Notes under the pieces: generated by a model
Told to the model about the DNA's origin: nothing
Databases searched by the model: none
Seen by the model: the letters and a program-made list of their open reading frames with translations, nothing else
Shown: positions 8,304-17,388 of the stretch, in pieces
Position numbering within the stretch: the stretch's first letter is position 1
Layout of the letters: every line of letters begins with the position of its first letter
Source of the DNA: Vulcanimicrobiales bacterium
Lineage (GTDB): Bacteria; Vulcanimicrobiota; Vulcanimicrobiia; Vulcanimicrobiales; Vulcanimicrobiaceae
Assembly (NCBI GenBank): GCA_038231455.1
Contig: JBBRLI010000016.1
Span: 9,257-73,256, forward strand
Reading direction: 5' to 3'
DNA length: 64,000 bases
Made by a program: the position numbers and the translations under genes

Positions 8304-8782
8304 TTTATGCGACCCAATTTTCCCGGCGACAACCGCTGGTTAGTAGCGTTGGAAACGAATTGTGCCCAAGTAAGCGACTTTGACTCGTTTCCAGTAGATT
8401 CAGCAACTACGGTAGCGTGACCACTAGCATCGACGGCTTCAACCATTACAACATGTGCGTCGTCAATTTTCCCGTCGCCATTCGTACCTTTCATAAAGAG
8501 TATATCGCCAACTTGAAATGCGCTTGAATCGAAACTAAAATCGGAGACTGTCTCATTTTGTGAAAAGTAGTTGAGCAGGTTACTTGAATTTTCCGCGTCA
8601 TTCGTCCGAGTCCATGGCGTACGAGAATATTCGTAACCATCCGAGATCGGGCGACCGAAAGGATCTATTTCGAAAAATGGGGGTGGATCATGCAGATGAA
8701 GCTCATTGTTCACTGAACCCTCGAGATCAAGTCCCAGAGCCATTTTGTACACGTCGTAAATATATTTTGTGCAGTGAACTCC
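8300..8782 (-). pseudogene. 5'-truncated NlpC/P60 (papain-like, DUF1287-like) domain protein, candidate toxin C-terminus
   Basis: Frame is open up to the IS edge at 8782: GVHCTKYIYDVYKMALGLDL...NLLNYF...FQVGDILFM...AHVVMV, matching the catalytic Cys helix, GD strand and catalytic His strand. Confidence 0.6.
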
Positions 8783-9711
8783 TGGAGTTGACTCGGTTCC
8801 GTGGACAGATAGTTATTTGACATCAGGCCGCGTCGGTCATCCGACGCACGAGCTGCGTTCGAAGATGATTGGCCATGGCCCATCCAACGACGCGTCGACT
8901 GCAAGCATCGAGAACAACGGCAAGATACAGAAAACCTGACCACGTTGGAATGTACGTGATGTCAGCGACCCAGAGTTGGTCCGGACGTTCGGCAACGAAT
9001 TTGCGATCGACGAGGTCCGGCGCTGGTCGTGCATTTGGGTTTCGCACCGTCGTAGTAGTCCATTTGCGGCGCGAAGCACCGTAGATATTGCGTTCTCGCA
9101 TCAGACGTGCTGCACGTCTATTCGAAATCGCGATCCCGGCATCACGTAATTCGGCTTGAATTCGTGGGCGGCCATACGTCGACCGCGAGCCCTTGAAGAT
9201 CGCTTCGATCCGATCACCTAACAAGAGATCCGCTCGCTTACGCGCTGAAGGTTCGCGCGATTGCCAAGCATAGAAACCGCTTGTGGTGACGCCCAACGCC
9301 TCGCACATCAATGAAGTCGGATACTCTGCCTGATACGCTCGCACTAGTCCGAAGATTTCTCCGGTATTATGTTCGTTTCGCGAGCGAACCAGGCCGCGGC
9401 TTTTTTTAGGATTTCAGTCTCCATTGTCAGCCGCTTATTTTCACGACGCAATCGGGTGAGCTCTTGACGCTCGCTCGTCGTAAGACCATCGTCGCGGCGA
9501 CCGCCATCGAGATCATCCTGTTTCACCCAGTTCACGATCGTTGTCGCGAGACGGTAAACTCGCGCGAGAGTTCGCTTAAGCCGCGGCCGGCTCGAGCCAG
9601 ATCGATAATCTTACGCCGAAACTCCGGCGGATAGGACCGAGGGGATTGCTTGGCCATGGTGGACTCTTTCTCCGTAAGTCGGAAAGTGTCCACGAGACCG
9701 AGTCAACTCCA
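8783..9711 (-). mobile_element. Defective, internally deleted IS3-family element
   Basis: IRs TGGAGTTGACTCGGTTCCGTGGACA and (rc) TGGAGTTGACTCGGTCTCGTGGACA; orfA (ATG 9657) frameshifted near 9545; A7G site at 9400-9407; orfB 9344-8823 stops after WVADITY...GWAM and lacks the HSD and ESF motifs; no target duplication. Confidence 0.9.
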
Positions 9712-9743
9712 GTTACCCAATCGACAAATTTAATATTCGTTAA

Positions 9744-10148
9744 CTACAAGGACTGGACGTATGCGGCGACGTCCTCGACGTCTTTCTCGCTCAGCGGAGA
9801 CGGATACAGCTTCGGCATCGGTGCTTGCGGATTTTTGATCCACGCGACTGTTGCGGCCATATTCTTTTTCTTCTTCTCGCCGAGCAAGGCCGGGCCCACG
9901 CCGCCTTTGGCGCCGCCTGCACCGTGACACTGTGCGCAGTTCGCGGCGAAGATCGTCTTGCCGTGGGCCGAATCGCCCGACATGGCGGCGCTCATCGAGC
10001 CACCGGCGGGTGCCGCTGCCACCGACGGAGCGGCAGTTGCCGCTGCCGGATTGGTGGTCGTTGTGGTCGTGGTGTCGGTGCCCTTGCTGCAACCGGCCAT
10101 CACGAGGCCCGCAACGGCCACGGTTATTAGCGCCAGACGTGTGTTCAC
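9744..10148 (-). CDS. Lipoprotein mono-haem cytochrome c
   Basis: Lipobox LVMAGC, Thr/Ala linker, CAQCH haem motif, PMP Met ligand; GTG after AAGGAG. Confidence 0.9.
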   Translation of the reverse strand: MNTRLALITVAVAGLVMAGCSKGTDTTTTTTTNPAAATAAPSVAAAPAGGSMSAAMSGDSAHGKTIFAANCAQCHGAGGAKGGVGPALLGEKKKKNMAATVAWIKNPQAPMPKLYPSPLSEKDVEDVAAYVQSL

Positions 10149-10259
10149 GAGTTCATCTCCTTTTGTAGCGGACTACCTATTGGCGAATCGTCGAATGCAT
10201 CGCGATCGAGTTTTTCGGGTCGACAAAGCGCGAGCTATCGGGTCGTCAAGTTGATCAAA

Positions 10260-10652
10260 CTAGAGTGCCTGAACGTACGCAGCGACGTCGACGACCTCTT
10301 TTTCGGAAAGCGTCCCGGGATAGTATTTGGGCATCGGCGGTTGCGGATTTTTGATCCACGCGACGGTCGCCGCCATGTTCTTCTTCTTGTGTTCGCCGAT
10401 CAGCACCGGGAACACGCCGCCTTTCGTGCCGGCACCGCCGACGCCGTGACACTCCGCGCAATTTGCGGCGAAGATCGCTTTTCCGTGGACCGCATCGCCG
10501 CTCACGACCGCGGCGGCAGGGCGCGCTGCCGAGGCACTTGCCGCGGGCGCCGTCGCAGTCGCGGTTGTCGTGGAGGTCGTCGTATCACTGCCCTTGGCGC
10601 AGCCAGCAATCAGCAGGGCGCCGGTCAATCCAACGATGGGAAGCGCGTTCAC
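10260..10652 (-). CDS. Lipoprotein mono-haem cytochrome c (paralogue)
   Basis: GTG 10652 after AAGGAG; lipobox LLIAGC, CAECH, PMP; C-terminal half nearly identical to the neighbour. Confidence 0.9.
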   Translation of the reverse strand: MNALPIVGLTGALLIAGCAKGSDTTTSTTTATATAPAASASAARPAAAVVSGDAVHGKAIFAANCAECHGVGGAGTKGGVFPVLIGEHKKKNMAATVAWIKNPQPPMPKYYPGTLSEKEVVDVAAYVQAL

Positions 10653-10741
10653 GAGGTTCTCCTTCACACGGGATGGCGGGCAATCCGGGCGTTCGACAAT
10701 TCGAGGCGGGACTTCGGATGCCCTCACCAAACAGAGCAAGC

Positions 10742-11233
10742 GTGAGTCGCGTTTTCATTCGATTTGCATTGCCGCGCGATGCAGCCCGACTAGTCGCCGA
10801 CGGAATATTTACTTCCCCGCCGCCGGCGACCGAAACCTGGGAGGCCCGCATCGCGAAATGGCTCGCCGAGCAGCAGGCGGGTCGCCGCATCATGCTCATC
10901 GCCGAGGACGCAAGCGGCCTGCTCGGGACCGTCCAGTTGGTCTTCAAATTCCCGGCCGGCTATAACGATCCCGAAGCGGCAAACGGGATGGACATCGCGA
11001 TGGTCGAGTCGCTGCGCACGCGCCATGACGCCTCGCCGCTGATCGCCACCCAGCTGATCACCGACGTGCAAGTGCTCGCCAAGAAACGCAATATCAAAAC
11101 GATTACGTTTATCGTTCCGATGAGCAACAACTCCGGCATCAATCAAGTCAAGTCGTGGGGCTTCCAAGAATTCCGCATCATGCCCGAGGGCGGCAAGATG
11201 CTCGCCTTCTTCCGAAAATCGATCGACGACTGA
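10742..11233 (+). CDS. GNAT-fold acetyltransferase-like protein
   Basis: VFIRFALPRD start, MLIAED-x3-LLGTVQL strand, N-x2-GINQVKSWGFQE motif B-like end; acetyl-CoA motif A degenerate. Confidence 0.6.
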   Translation: MSRVFIRFALPRDAARLVADGIFTSPPPATETWEARIAKWLAEQQAGRRIMLIAEDASGLLGTVQLVFKFPAGYNDPEAANGMDIAMVESLRTRHDASPLIATQLITDVQVLAKKRNIKTITFIVPMSNNSGINQVKSWGFQEFRIMPEGGKMLAFFRKSIDD

Positions 11234-11733
11234 TGGAGACGACGCCGCCAAAACCGCTCGAACGTCGCGCCGTCCGCGCGCTAATGTGGACGGAGCGGCT
11301 CGTCTTTTTCCTGATTGGCGCGCTGCTCTTCGTCGCGGCGCTCGCGCTGCTCGTCCGTTCGGCGGTCACGCTCTGGACGCTCATCAGCTCACCGACCACC
11401 TCGACGATCGGCGTCGGCTCCTCGTTTCTCGATCTCATTCTGCTCGTGCTGATGGTTGTCGAACTCGCGTACACCGTCGTACTCTCGCTGCGCGGCGCGG
11501 TGCTCGTCGCCGAGCCGTTTCTGCTCGTCGGGCTTATTGCCGTCATCCGGCGCATTCTCGTCATCACGGTCGGTGAAGTCGGCGGCGCGGGCTCGGGGAA
11601 AGCAGGGCTCAACATCGCATCCGAAGTCGAGCTCGGCGTGCTCACCGCAATCGTGCTCGCTTTCGTGCTATCGATTGTGATCTTGCGCTCGCGACCGCGC
11701 ACGGAAATGATCGTCCTCGAGCACGAGGACTAA
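11233..11733 (+). CDS. PsiE-family membrane protein
   Basis: Four TM segments with LLVLMVVEL and EPFLLVGLIAVIRRILV motifs; TGATG coupling. Confidence 0.75.
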   Translation: METTPPKPLERRAVRALMWTERLVFFLIGALLFVAALALLVRSAVTLWTLISSPTTSTIGVGSSFLDLILLVLMVVELAYTVVLSLRGAVLVAEPFLLVGLIAVIRRILVITVGEVGGAGSGKAGLNIASEVELGVLTAIVLAFVLSIVILRSRPRTEMIVLEHED

Positions 11734-11734
11734 C

Positions 11735-13060
11735 GTGCGCGGCACGCGCGCGGTTGTCGCGCTGCTGTGCCTCGCGTTGCTGGGTGCTGCCCCGGCGCCC
11801 GGGCCATCGGCGCTGACCGGCGCGCTTCCCGACGGTGCGACATACACGATCGAGGTACCAGTCGATTGGAACGGAACACTGCTGCTGTACAGCCACGGCT
11901 ACGTGACACCCGGCGAAGCGAATCCCGCGCGCGACGCGGGTGACCCGCGAACGGCCGCCTACCTCCTCGCGCATCGCTTTGCGCTTGCCGGTTCTTCGTA
12001 TGCATCGACCGGCTATGCCGTTAAGGACGGTCTGCGCGATCAGATCGACGTGCTCGACGTCTTTGCAAAGAGCGTGGGCAAACCCAAGCACACGATCGCC
12101 TGGGGCCACTCGATGGGCGGCATCATCACCGCCGGGCTCGTGCAAACCCATCCGGAACGGTTCGACGGCGCACTACCAATGTGCGGGGTCCTTGCCGGAA
12201 CGACGGCGGGTTGGAACGGGCTTGCCGTCGCCGAGCACGCCTTCAAAACGCTTTTGGCAGCGCACGATCCGCTCAAAGAAGCGCGACTGAGCGATCCCAT
12301 TGGCAACGTTGCGCTTGCGACGCAGCGTGCAAACGATGCCGCAACGACCCCCGCAGGACGCGCGCGGCTCGCACTCATCGCCGCACTCGACGGCATCCCC
12401 GCTTGGTATCCACCGAGCGTGACCGAACCGACCGAGACGGCCGCAAAAACCGATGCGCTCATCGCCTGGCTGCGGCGCGTCTTCGTGCCGTTTGCATTCG
12501 GCTATCGCGCCGAACTGGAACATCGCGCGGGCGGCAATCTCTCATCGACCACCGGATTTTCGTATGCGAACGCCTTTGAGGGGCTCGCCGAACGCGAACT
12601 GATCGTAAAACTCTATCGCGCGGCCGACCTCGATCTCCGCGCGGATCTGCGCGCACTCGATGACGCACCGCCGTTGACGGCCGACCTGCCCGCGATGATG
12701 TATGCGATGCGCAACATCGACTTGAACGGACGCATTACCATTCCGGTGCTCACCGTCCACACGATCGCCGATGGCCTCGTACCGGTGAACGAAGAAGCCG
12801 CGTATGCAAGCGCCGTCGCCGCAGCCGGAAAATCAGCGCTGCTGCGTCAGCTCTTTGTCAAACGCGCGGGGCACTGCGCGTTCACCTCGGGCGAAACGAT
12901 CGCCGCGATTCATCTCATCGAGCGCCGCGTGCTCACCGGCCGCTGGGATGATGAGCCACTGGCCGCGCTCAACGAGCGCGCTTCACTCTACGGCGATGAA
13001 TACAATTCGAGTCCGCCCGCGTTCGCGCCGTTCACGCCGCTGCCGATGGTGGGTCGCTAG
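11735..13060 (+). CDS. Secreted alpha/beta hydrolase
   Basis: Signal peptide, WNGTLLLYSHG, nucleophile GHSMGG, DGLVP acid, AGHCAF His. Confidence 0.8.
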   Translation: MRGTRAVVALLCLALLGAAPAPGPSALTGALPDGATYTIEVPVDWNGTLLLYSHGYVTPGEANPARDAGDPRTAAYLLAHRFALAGSSYASTGYAVKDGLRDQIDVLDVFAKSVGKPKHTIAWGHSMGGIITAGLVQTHPERFDGALPMCGVLAGTTAGWNGLAVAEHAFKTLLAAHDPLKEARLSDPIGNVALATQRANDAATTPAGRARLALIAALDGIPAWYPPSVTEPTETAAKTDALIAWLRRVFVPFAFGYRAELEHRAGGNLSSTTGFSYANAFEGLAERELIVKLYRAADLDLRADLRALDDAPPLTADLPAMMYAMRNIDLNGRITIPVLTVHTIADGLVPVNEEAAYASAVAAAGKSALLRQLFVKRAGHCAFTSGETIAAIHLIERRVLTGRWDDEPLAALNERASLYGDEYNSSPPAFAPFTPLPMVGR

Positions 13061-14088
13061 CCGCCGATTTCGCTGAGCGCGCGCATGGCGCTTGCGGTTT
13101 GACCGAGTTCGAGATGATGGCGCTCGGGTTTGATGTACATCGCACCGCGGAAGATCGCGGCGAGATCGTCGTGCGATGCGCCATCGCGAACGGGCGTGCG
13201 TAGATCGATTTCGTAGTCGCCGAAGAGGCATAAACGAAGACGTCCGTCGGCGCCCAGCCGCACGCGATTGCACGTTTCGCAGTAGTCGTGCGAGAGCGGG
13301 CTGATCACGCCCACCGATCCGGCCGCGCCGTCGAAGGCATAATACCGTGCGGGTCCGTTGCCGCCAGGCCCGGCGACCGGCCGCAGATCGCCGAGCGCGT
13401 TAATGCGCTCCAGAATCTCGCTTGCCGCGACATAGGAGTCCGCCTGCATCCCGAGGTTTTCTTCGACCGGCATCACTTCGATGAAACGCACGTGAATCGG
13501 GCGCGTGCGCGTGAGTTCGGCAAATGCGCCGATCTCATCGTCGTTCTGGCCGCGCATCACAACGCAATTAAGTTTGATCGGCGTCATGCCCTCGGCAATC
13601 GCCGCATCGATGCCCGCGAGGACGCGATCGAGACCCGGCCGGCGCGCGATTGCAAAGAATCGTTCTTCTTGCAAGGTGTCGAGGCTAATGTTGACGCGCG
13701 TCAGTCCCGCTTCGCGCAATTCGCGCGCTTGCTCGGCGAGCATCAGGGCGTTGGTTGACAGCGCGATATCCTCAATGCCGGGGATGCTTGCGATGCGACG
13801 GACGAGCGTTGCAAGATCACGGCGAATGAGCGGCTCACCGCCCGTAAGGCGGATGCTCCTCACGCCTATTTTCGCCGCAGCCTCGACGATGAAGACAATC
13901 TCTTCGTAGGTGAGGATCTCGCTCTTCGCAATCCACGGGAGCCCAGCTTCGGGCATGCAGTAGACGCAGCGCAGGTTGCACCGGTCGGTCACCGAGATCC
14001 GCAGATACGTAATGGGGCGATTGAACGCATCGGCGAGCGGTTGGACGCGGCCGATCAGGTCGATCACGGGAGCGGGCGAAATTGCCAC
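13057..14088 (-). CDS. moaA: GTP 3',8-cyclase MoaA
   Basis: LRISVTDRCNLRCVYCMP radical-SAM motif, C-x2-CNRVR...LCL, C-terminal IGG; start taken at GTG 14088 (approximate). Confidence 0.96.
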   Translation of the reverse strand: MAISPAPVIDLIGRVQPLADAFNRPITYLRISVTDRCNLRCVYCMPEAGLPWIAKSEILTYEEIVFIVEAAAKIGVRSIRLTGGEPLIRRDLATLVRRIASIPGIEDIALSTNALMLAEQARELREAGLTRVNISLDTLQEERFFAIARRPGLDRVLAGIDAAIAEGMTPIKLNCVVMRGQNDDEIGAFAELTRTRPIHVRFIEVMPVEENLGMQADSYVAASEILERINALGDLRPVAGPGGNGPARYYAFDGAAGSVGVISPLSHDYCETCNRVRLGADGRLRLCLFGDYEIDLRTPVRDGASHDDLAAIFRGAMYIKPERHHLELGQTASAMRALSEIGG

Positions 14089-14104
14089 GACGAGCAGTTC
14101 GCCG

Positions 14105-14791
14105 CTACGGCTTGAACACCCGGTCGGCGATGGCGACGTTGATCTTGTAATCGGAGAACGCCGAGACGATATCCAAATTGAATTTCGGGATGTCGACATG
14201 ACCGGTCGCCGACTTCACGACGTAGTTCCCTCCCACCGGCATGTACTCTTGATTCAGCGAAATCGACCCGCCACCGGCGTCTTCTTTGTAAAACCAGGTC
14301 ATCGTCGCAATCGTCGCCGTCTTGTCATCGACTTTGACGTCGATATGATCGATGCGGCCGTTCTTGCGGCGCACGAGTTTGAAGTTTGCGTTCGTGCCGT
14401 CATCGGCGATCGGTGTGACGACGTAGATCGCGTTCCACTCGGCAGGCGGCTCGATTTGCGGATACACGCTTTGGAATTTATCCGCAAGCGCCGGGACCTG
14501 ATCGAAATGGATCGCATTTTTGTTGGGTTTCTTGTAGTATGCGGTGCCTGTGAGCTTGGGGCTCAAATACGGAAACGAATGCGAGGTGATGTCGAGTTTG
14601 AGACTCGCCGTATAGCTCGCGAGCCCCGCGTTGACTTTTTGCATCCGCTCGTAGACGGCCGATGCGCCCGCGACGGACGACGAAGCCCCCGTCGCTAGGG
14701 GCACCGGGTCGTTTTGCCCGGCGCGGGCGATGCCCGGGGCGATGAGCGGGAGAGCAAGGGCGGCGACGAGCGCCAATCGTTGGATTCGCAT
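14105..14791 (-). CDS. Secreted LolA-like / lipoprotein-sorting-fold protein
   Basis: ATG 14791 after GAGA; signal peptide MRIQRLALVAALALPLIAPGIARA; beta-rich mature part ending FSDYKINVAIADRVF. Confidence 0.6.
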   Translation of the reverse strand: MRIQRLALVAALALPLIAPGIARAGQNDPVPLATGASSSVAGASAVYERMQKVNAGLASYTASLKLDITSHSFPYLSPKLTGTAYYKKPNKNAIHFDQVPALADKFQSVYPQIEPPAEWNAIYVVTPIADDGTNANFKLVRRKNGRIDHIDVKVDDKTATIATMTWFYKEDAGGGSISLNQEYMPVGGNYVVKSATGHVDIPKFNLDIVSAFSDYKINVAIADRVFKP

Positions 14792-14804
14792 GGTGTTCTC
14801 GGTT

Positions 14805-15926
14805 CTAACGCCCGCGCGCGGCGAACGGTTCCAATGCCGCGTCGATCTCCCCGCCAACCGACGGTTCGCGCTCGCGCTCGGCGGCATCGCGCAGTCCCAG
14901 AATCGCTTGCGGCGACCCGATCCGTCCGAGCGCCCACGCCACGTGCCCGCGAACGAGCGGATGCGGGTCCGCCCCCAGCGCCCGCACGAGCGCCGGGACG
15001 CTCGCGCGATCGCCTTCGTTGCCGAGCGCAACAGCGGCATTGCGACGCAGGACGGCACTGCCGCGCCACCCCACGGCGGTTTTCGCGAAGGTGCGTTTGA
15101 AGGCTCCGCTGCGCAGCACAAGCAGGTCGAGGAGTCGCGGAGCAGCGGCGTCTGGCGAGCGCGGTACGAACGCATCGCCGCCGTGCGCTCCGGCGTTGCG
15201 CGTCGGCGGACAAACGTCTTGGCAAATATCGCAGCCCCAGACCCACGTGCCGATCAGCGCGCGCATCTCGCGCGGAATCGCGTCGGTGCGCTGCGTAAGA
15301 TCTGAGATGCAACGCCGCGCATCGATCGTGTAATCGCCGCGCAGTGCCTGCGTCGGGCAGGCAACGATGCAACGCGTGCATGACCCGCACGACGTACGCA
15401 GCGGCGCGTCGACTTCGAGCGCAAGCGTGGTGATGATTTCGCCCAGGAAGACGAACGAGCCCAATTTCGGCGCGATGAGATTCGTGTGTTTCCCGACCCA
15501 GCCGAGCCCCGCTTTCGCGGCAAACGCGCGCTCGGCGATCGGCGCGGTGTCGCAGGTAACGCGTGTGACCGGCTCGCCCGCGAGTAGGTCGATCTCGGCG
15601 GCAAGCGACCGGAGCAGTGTCTGCATGCGCGTGTGGTAGTCCGTCGACCAGGCGTAGTTCGAGACGCGCCCCGTGCCGCGCGGTCGGTTCGTATCGGGCG
15701 TCGCATACGCGACGGCGATGCAAATCACCGAACGCGCACCGGAGAGCAGCATGCGCGGCGATGACGCGGTCCGCGCGTAGGCATCATCGTAATTCCACGT
15801 TGCAAGATCGCCGCGCGCGAACGACGCACGCAACCGCTCGTGCGTTTGCTCGTCGCCCGTCGCAGCGGCAATGCGAATGGCCCCGACACCGAGCGCCCGC
15901 GCGCGCTCGATGATCCGTTCCTTCAC
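14805..15926 (-). CDS. queG: tRNA epoxyqueuosine(34) reductase
   Basis: DYH, DTAPIAERAFA, GWVGKHTNLI, CGSCTRCIVACPT, WGCDICQDVCP, HEAT-like tail. Confidence 0.95.
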   Translation of the reverse strand: MKERIIERARALGVGAIRIAAATGDEQTHERLRASFARGDLATWNYDDAYARTASSPRMLLSGARSVICIAVAYATPDTNRPRGTGRVSNYAWSTDYHTRMQTLLRSLAAEIDLLAGEPVTRVTCDTAPIAERAFAAKAGLGWVGKHTNLIAPKLGSFVFLGEIITTLALEVDAPLRTSCGSCTRCIVACPTQALRGDYTIDARRCISDLTQRTDAIPREMRALIGTWVWGCDICQDVCPPTRNAGAHGGDAFVPRSPDAAAPRLLDLLVLRSGAFKRTFAKTAVGWRGSAVLRRNAAVALGNEGDRASVPALVRALGADPHPLVRGHVAWALGRIGSPQAILGLRDAAEREREPSVGGEIDAALEPFAARGR

Positions 15927-16780
15927 AGCGTGGGCAAGCCGCTGCGACGCGCGCGCACCGGATACGCGTCGGCAATCGCTTTAATGTCGCTTTGATCGAG
16001 TTCGAGAACGCCAGCGCGTGCGTTCTCTTCAACATGCGCCACGGTCGCGGCTTTGGGAATCGCAAATGCGTTTGTTTCGCGGGTGAGAAACGCAAGAATA
16101 ACGGCGCTCGTCGTGACGTCGCGATCGCGCGCGATGCGCTCGAGCACCGCTACACCGGATCGCAATTTTTCCGCGGCACCGCGCCCGAAGGGTGTGTAGG
16201 CGACCAGTGCAGCGCCATCGGCAGCCAGTGCCGGCTCTTCGTATTCTTCCACGCTGCGTTCACCCAGATGGTACAGCAGCTGATTGCACGCAAGTCGTTC
16301 GCCGGCTGGGAGCCCCTCCCGCGCTTCGTTCCATTCATCGACATCGAAATTGCTCAAACCGAAAGACCGGATTTTTCCCGCGTGGCGAAGCGAGGCCATC
16401 GCTGCGAGCGTTTCCGCGATCGGCGTGTTCCCCGGCCAGTGCAAGAGATAGCATTCAAGATAGTCGAGCTTCATGCGCTGCAGACTTGCCTCACATGCCT
16501 GGATCGTACCGCGCCGCGATGCGTTCGATGGAAGCACTTTGGACACGATAAAGAGCGATTCACGGGGGACGCCTGCGATCGCTTCGCCGACGATGCACTC
16601 GGCTTCGCCCGACCCATACATCTCGGCGGTATCGATGTGGGTGAGCCCAAGCTCGATTCCGCGTCGCAGGGCGCGTATTGCCTCATCACGCGCCGCGCCG
16701 CGCTCCGGAACGTTCCACGTCCCCTGGCCGATCGCCGGAACGCTCGGACCACCAGGCCCAAACGGCCGCGTGCGCATCAC
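15923..16780 (-). CDS. Aldo/keto reductase
   Basis: IGQGTW, IDTAEMYG, SKV, LLHWP, GLSNF, AIPKA. Confidence 0.93.
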   Translation of the reverse strand: MMRTRPFGPGGPSVPAIGQGTWNVPERGAARDEAIRALRRGIELGLTHIDTAEMYGSGEAECIVGEAIAGVPRESLFIVSKVLPSNASRRGTIQACEASLQRMKLDYLECYLLHWPGNTPIAETLAAMASLRHAGKIRSFGLSNFDVDEWNEAREGLPAGERLACNQLLYHLGERSVEEYEEPALAADGAALVAYTPFGRGAAEKLRSGVAVLERIARDRDVTTSAVILAFLTRETNAFAIPKAATVAHVEENARAGVLELDQSDIKAIADAYPVRARRSGLPTL

Positions 16781-16788
16781 CGGGCCAG

Positions 16789-17313
16789 CTATGGCAGAAA
16801 GTCGAGCGGGACGGCGGCGTCTTTGGCGGAGATTCGCACCTCACCGACGAGCGGCCACGCGATTCCGACCTGGGGATTGCGCCAGCTAATTCCGCCTTCG
16901 CTCGAGGGATCGTACTGCACGCTATTTTTGTACGTCACCGCGACCTCATCGGCGAGCGCCAAGAACGAATGACCGAACCCGGGCGGCACGAAGAGCTGCT
17001 TGTGGTTGCTCTCGCTCAGATAGAAGCCTTGCCATTTCAAATAGGTCGGCGATTCGCGCCGTAAATCCACGATCACGTCGTAAATACGACCGCGCAGGCA
17101 TTGCACCAGTTTGGCCATGCGGAAGTCGTAGTGCACGCCGCGCATGACGTTGCGCGTCGACCACGACATCGAATCTTGAAACCACGCATCGGGTAAGCCG
17201 TGCTCGGTATAGCGGTTCTGTGCGTACGTCTCCTTGAAGAAGCCACGATCGTCTTCGTGGACGACCGGAATGAAGATTTTGGCCTCGGCAAAGATGGTCG
17301 AGAGTACTTGAAT
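16789..17313 (-). CDS. rfbC: dTDP-4-dehydrorhamnose 3,5-epimerase (apparent ATT start)
   Basis: DDRGFFKE, RGVHY, AKLV, DLRRESPTY, GFGHSF, ISAKD; frame open from ATT 17313 with GAAGGAAG upstream; no canonical start before residue ~49. Confidence 0.9.
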   Translation of the reverse strand: MQVLSTIFAEAKIFIPVVHEDDRGFFKETYAQNRYTEHGLPDAWFQDSMSWSTRNVMRGVHYDFRMAKLVQCLRGRIYDVIVDLRRESPTYLKWQGFYLSESNHKQLFVPPGFGHSFLALADEVAVTYKNSVQYDPSSEGGISWRNPQVGIAWPLVGEVRISAKDAAVPLDFLP

Positions 17314-17388
17314 GACGTGCTTCCTTCATCGATTGGTGGTGGGCGTGACTCGCCGCCGGGCAACGCGTTTTCCTGCCCGGCGCGGCCT

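Noticed and set aside
6496..9711. Composite transposon carrying the toxin-lipoprotein pair
   Set aside because: The two ISs have different IRs, one is defective, and there is no shared target duplication.
14105..15175. N-terminally extended ORF-track versions of several genes (also 17389-18714, 26245-28656, 32325-33344, 59435-60397)
   Set aside because: Extensions overlap neighbouring genes; starts were reset using motifs, RBS and stop-start coupling.
16946..17330. rfbC as a frameshifted pseudogene
   Set aside because: The conserved N-terminus is in the same frame as the C-terminus; only a canonical start is missing.
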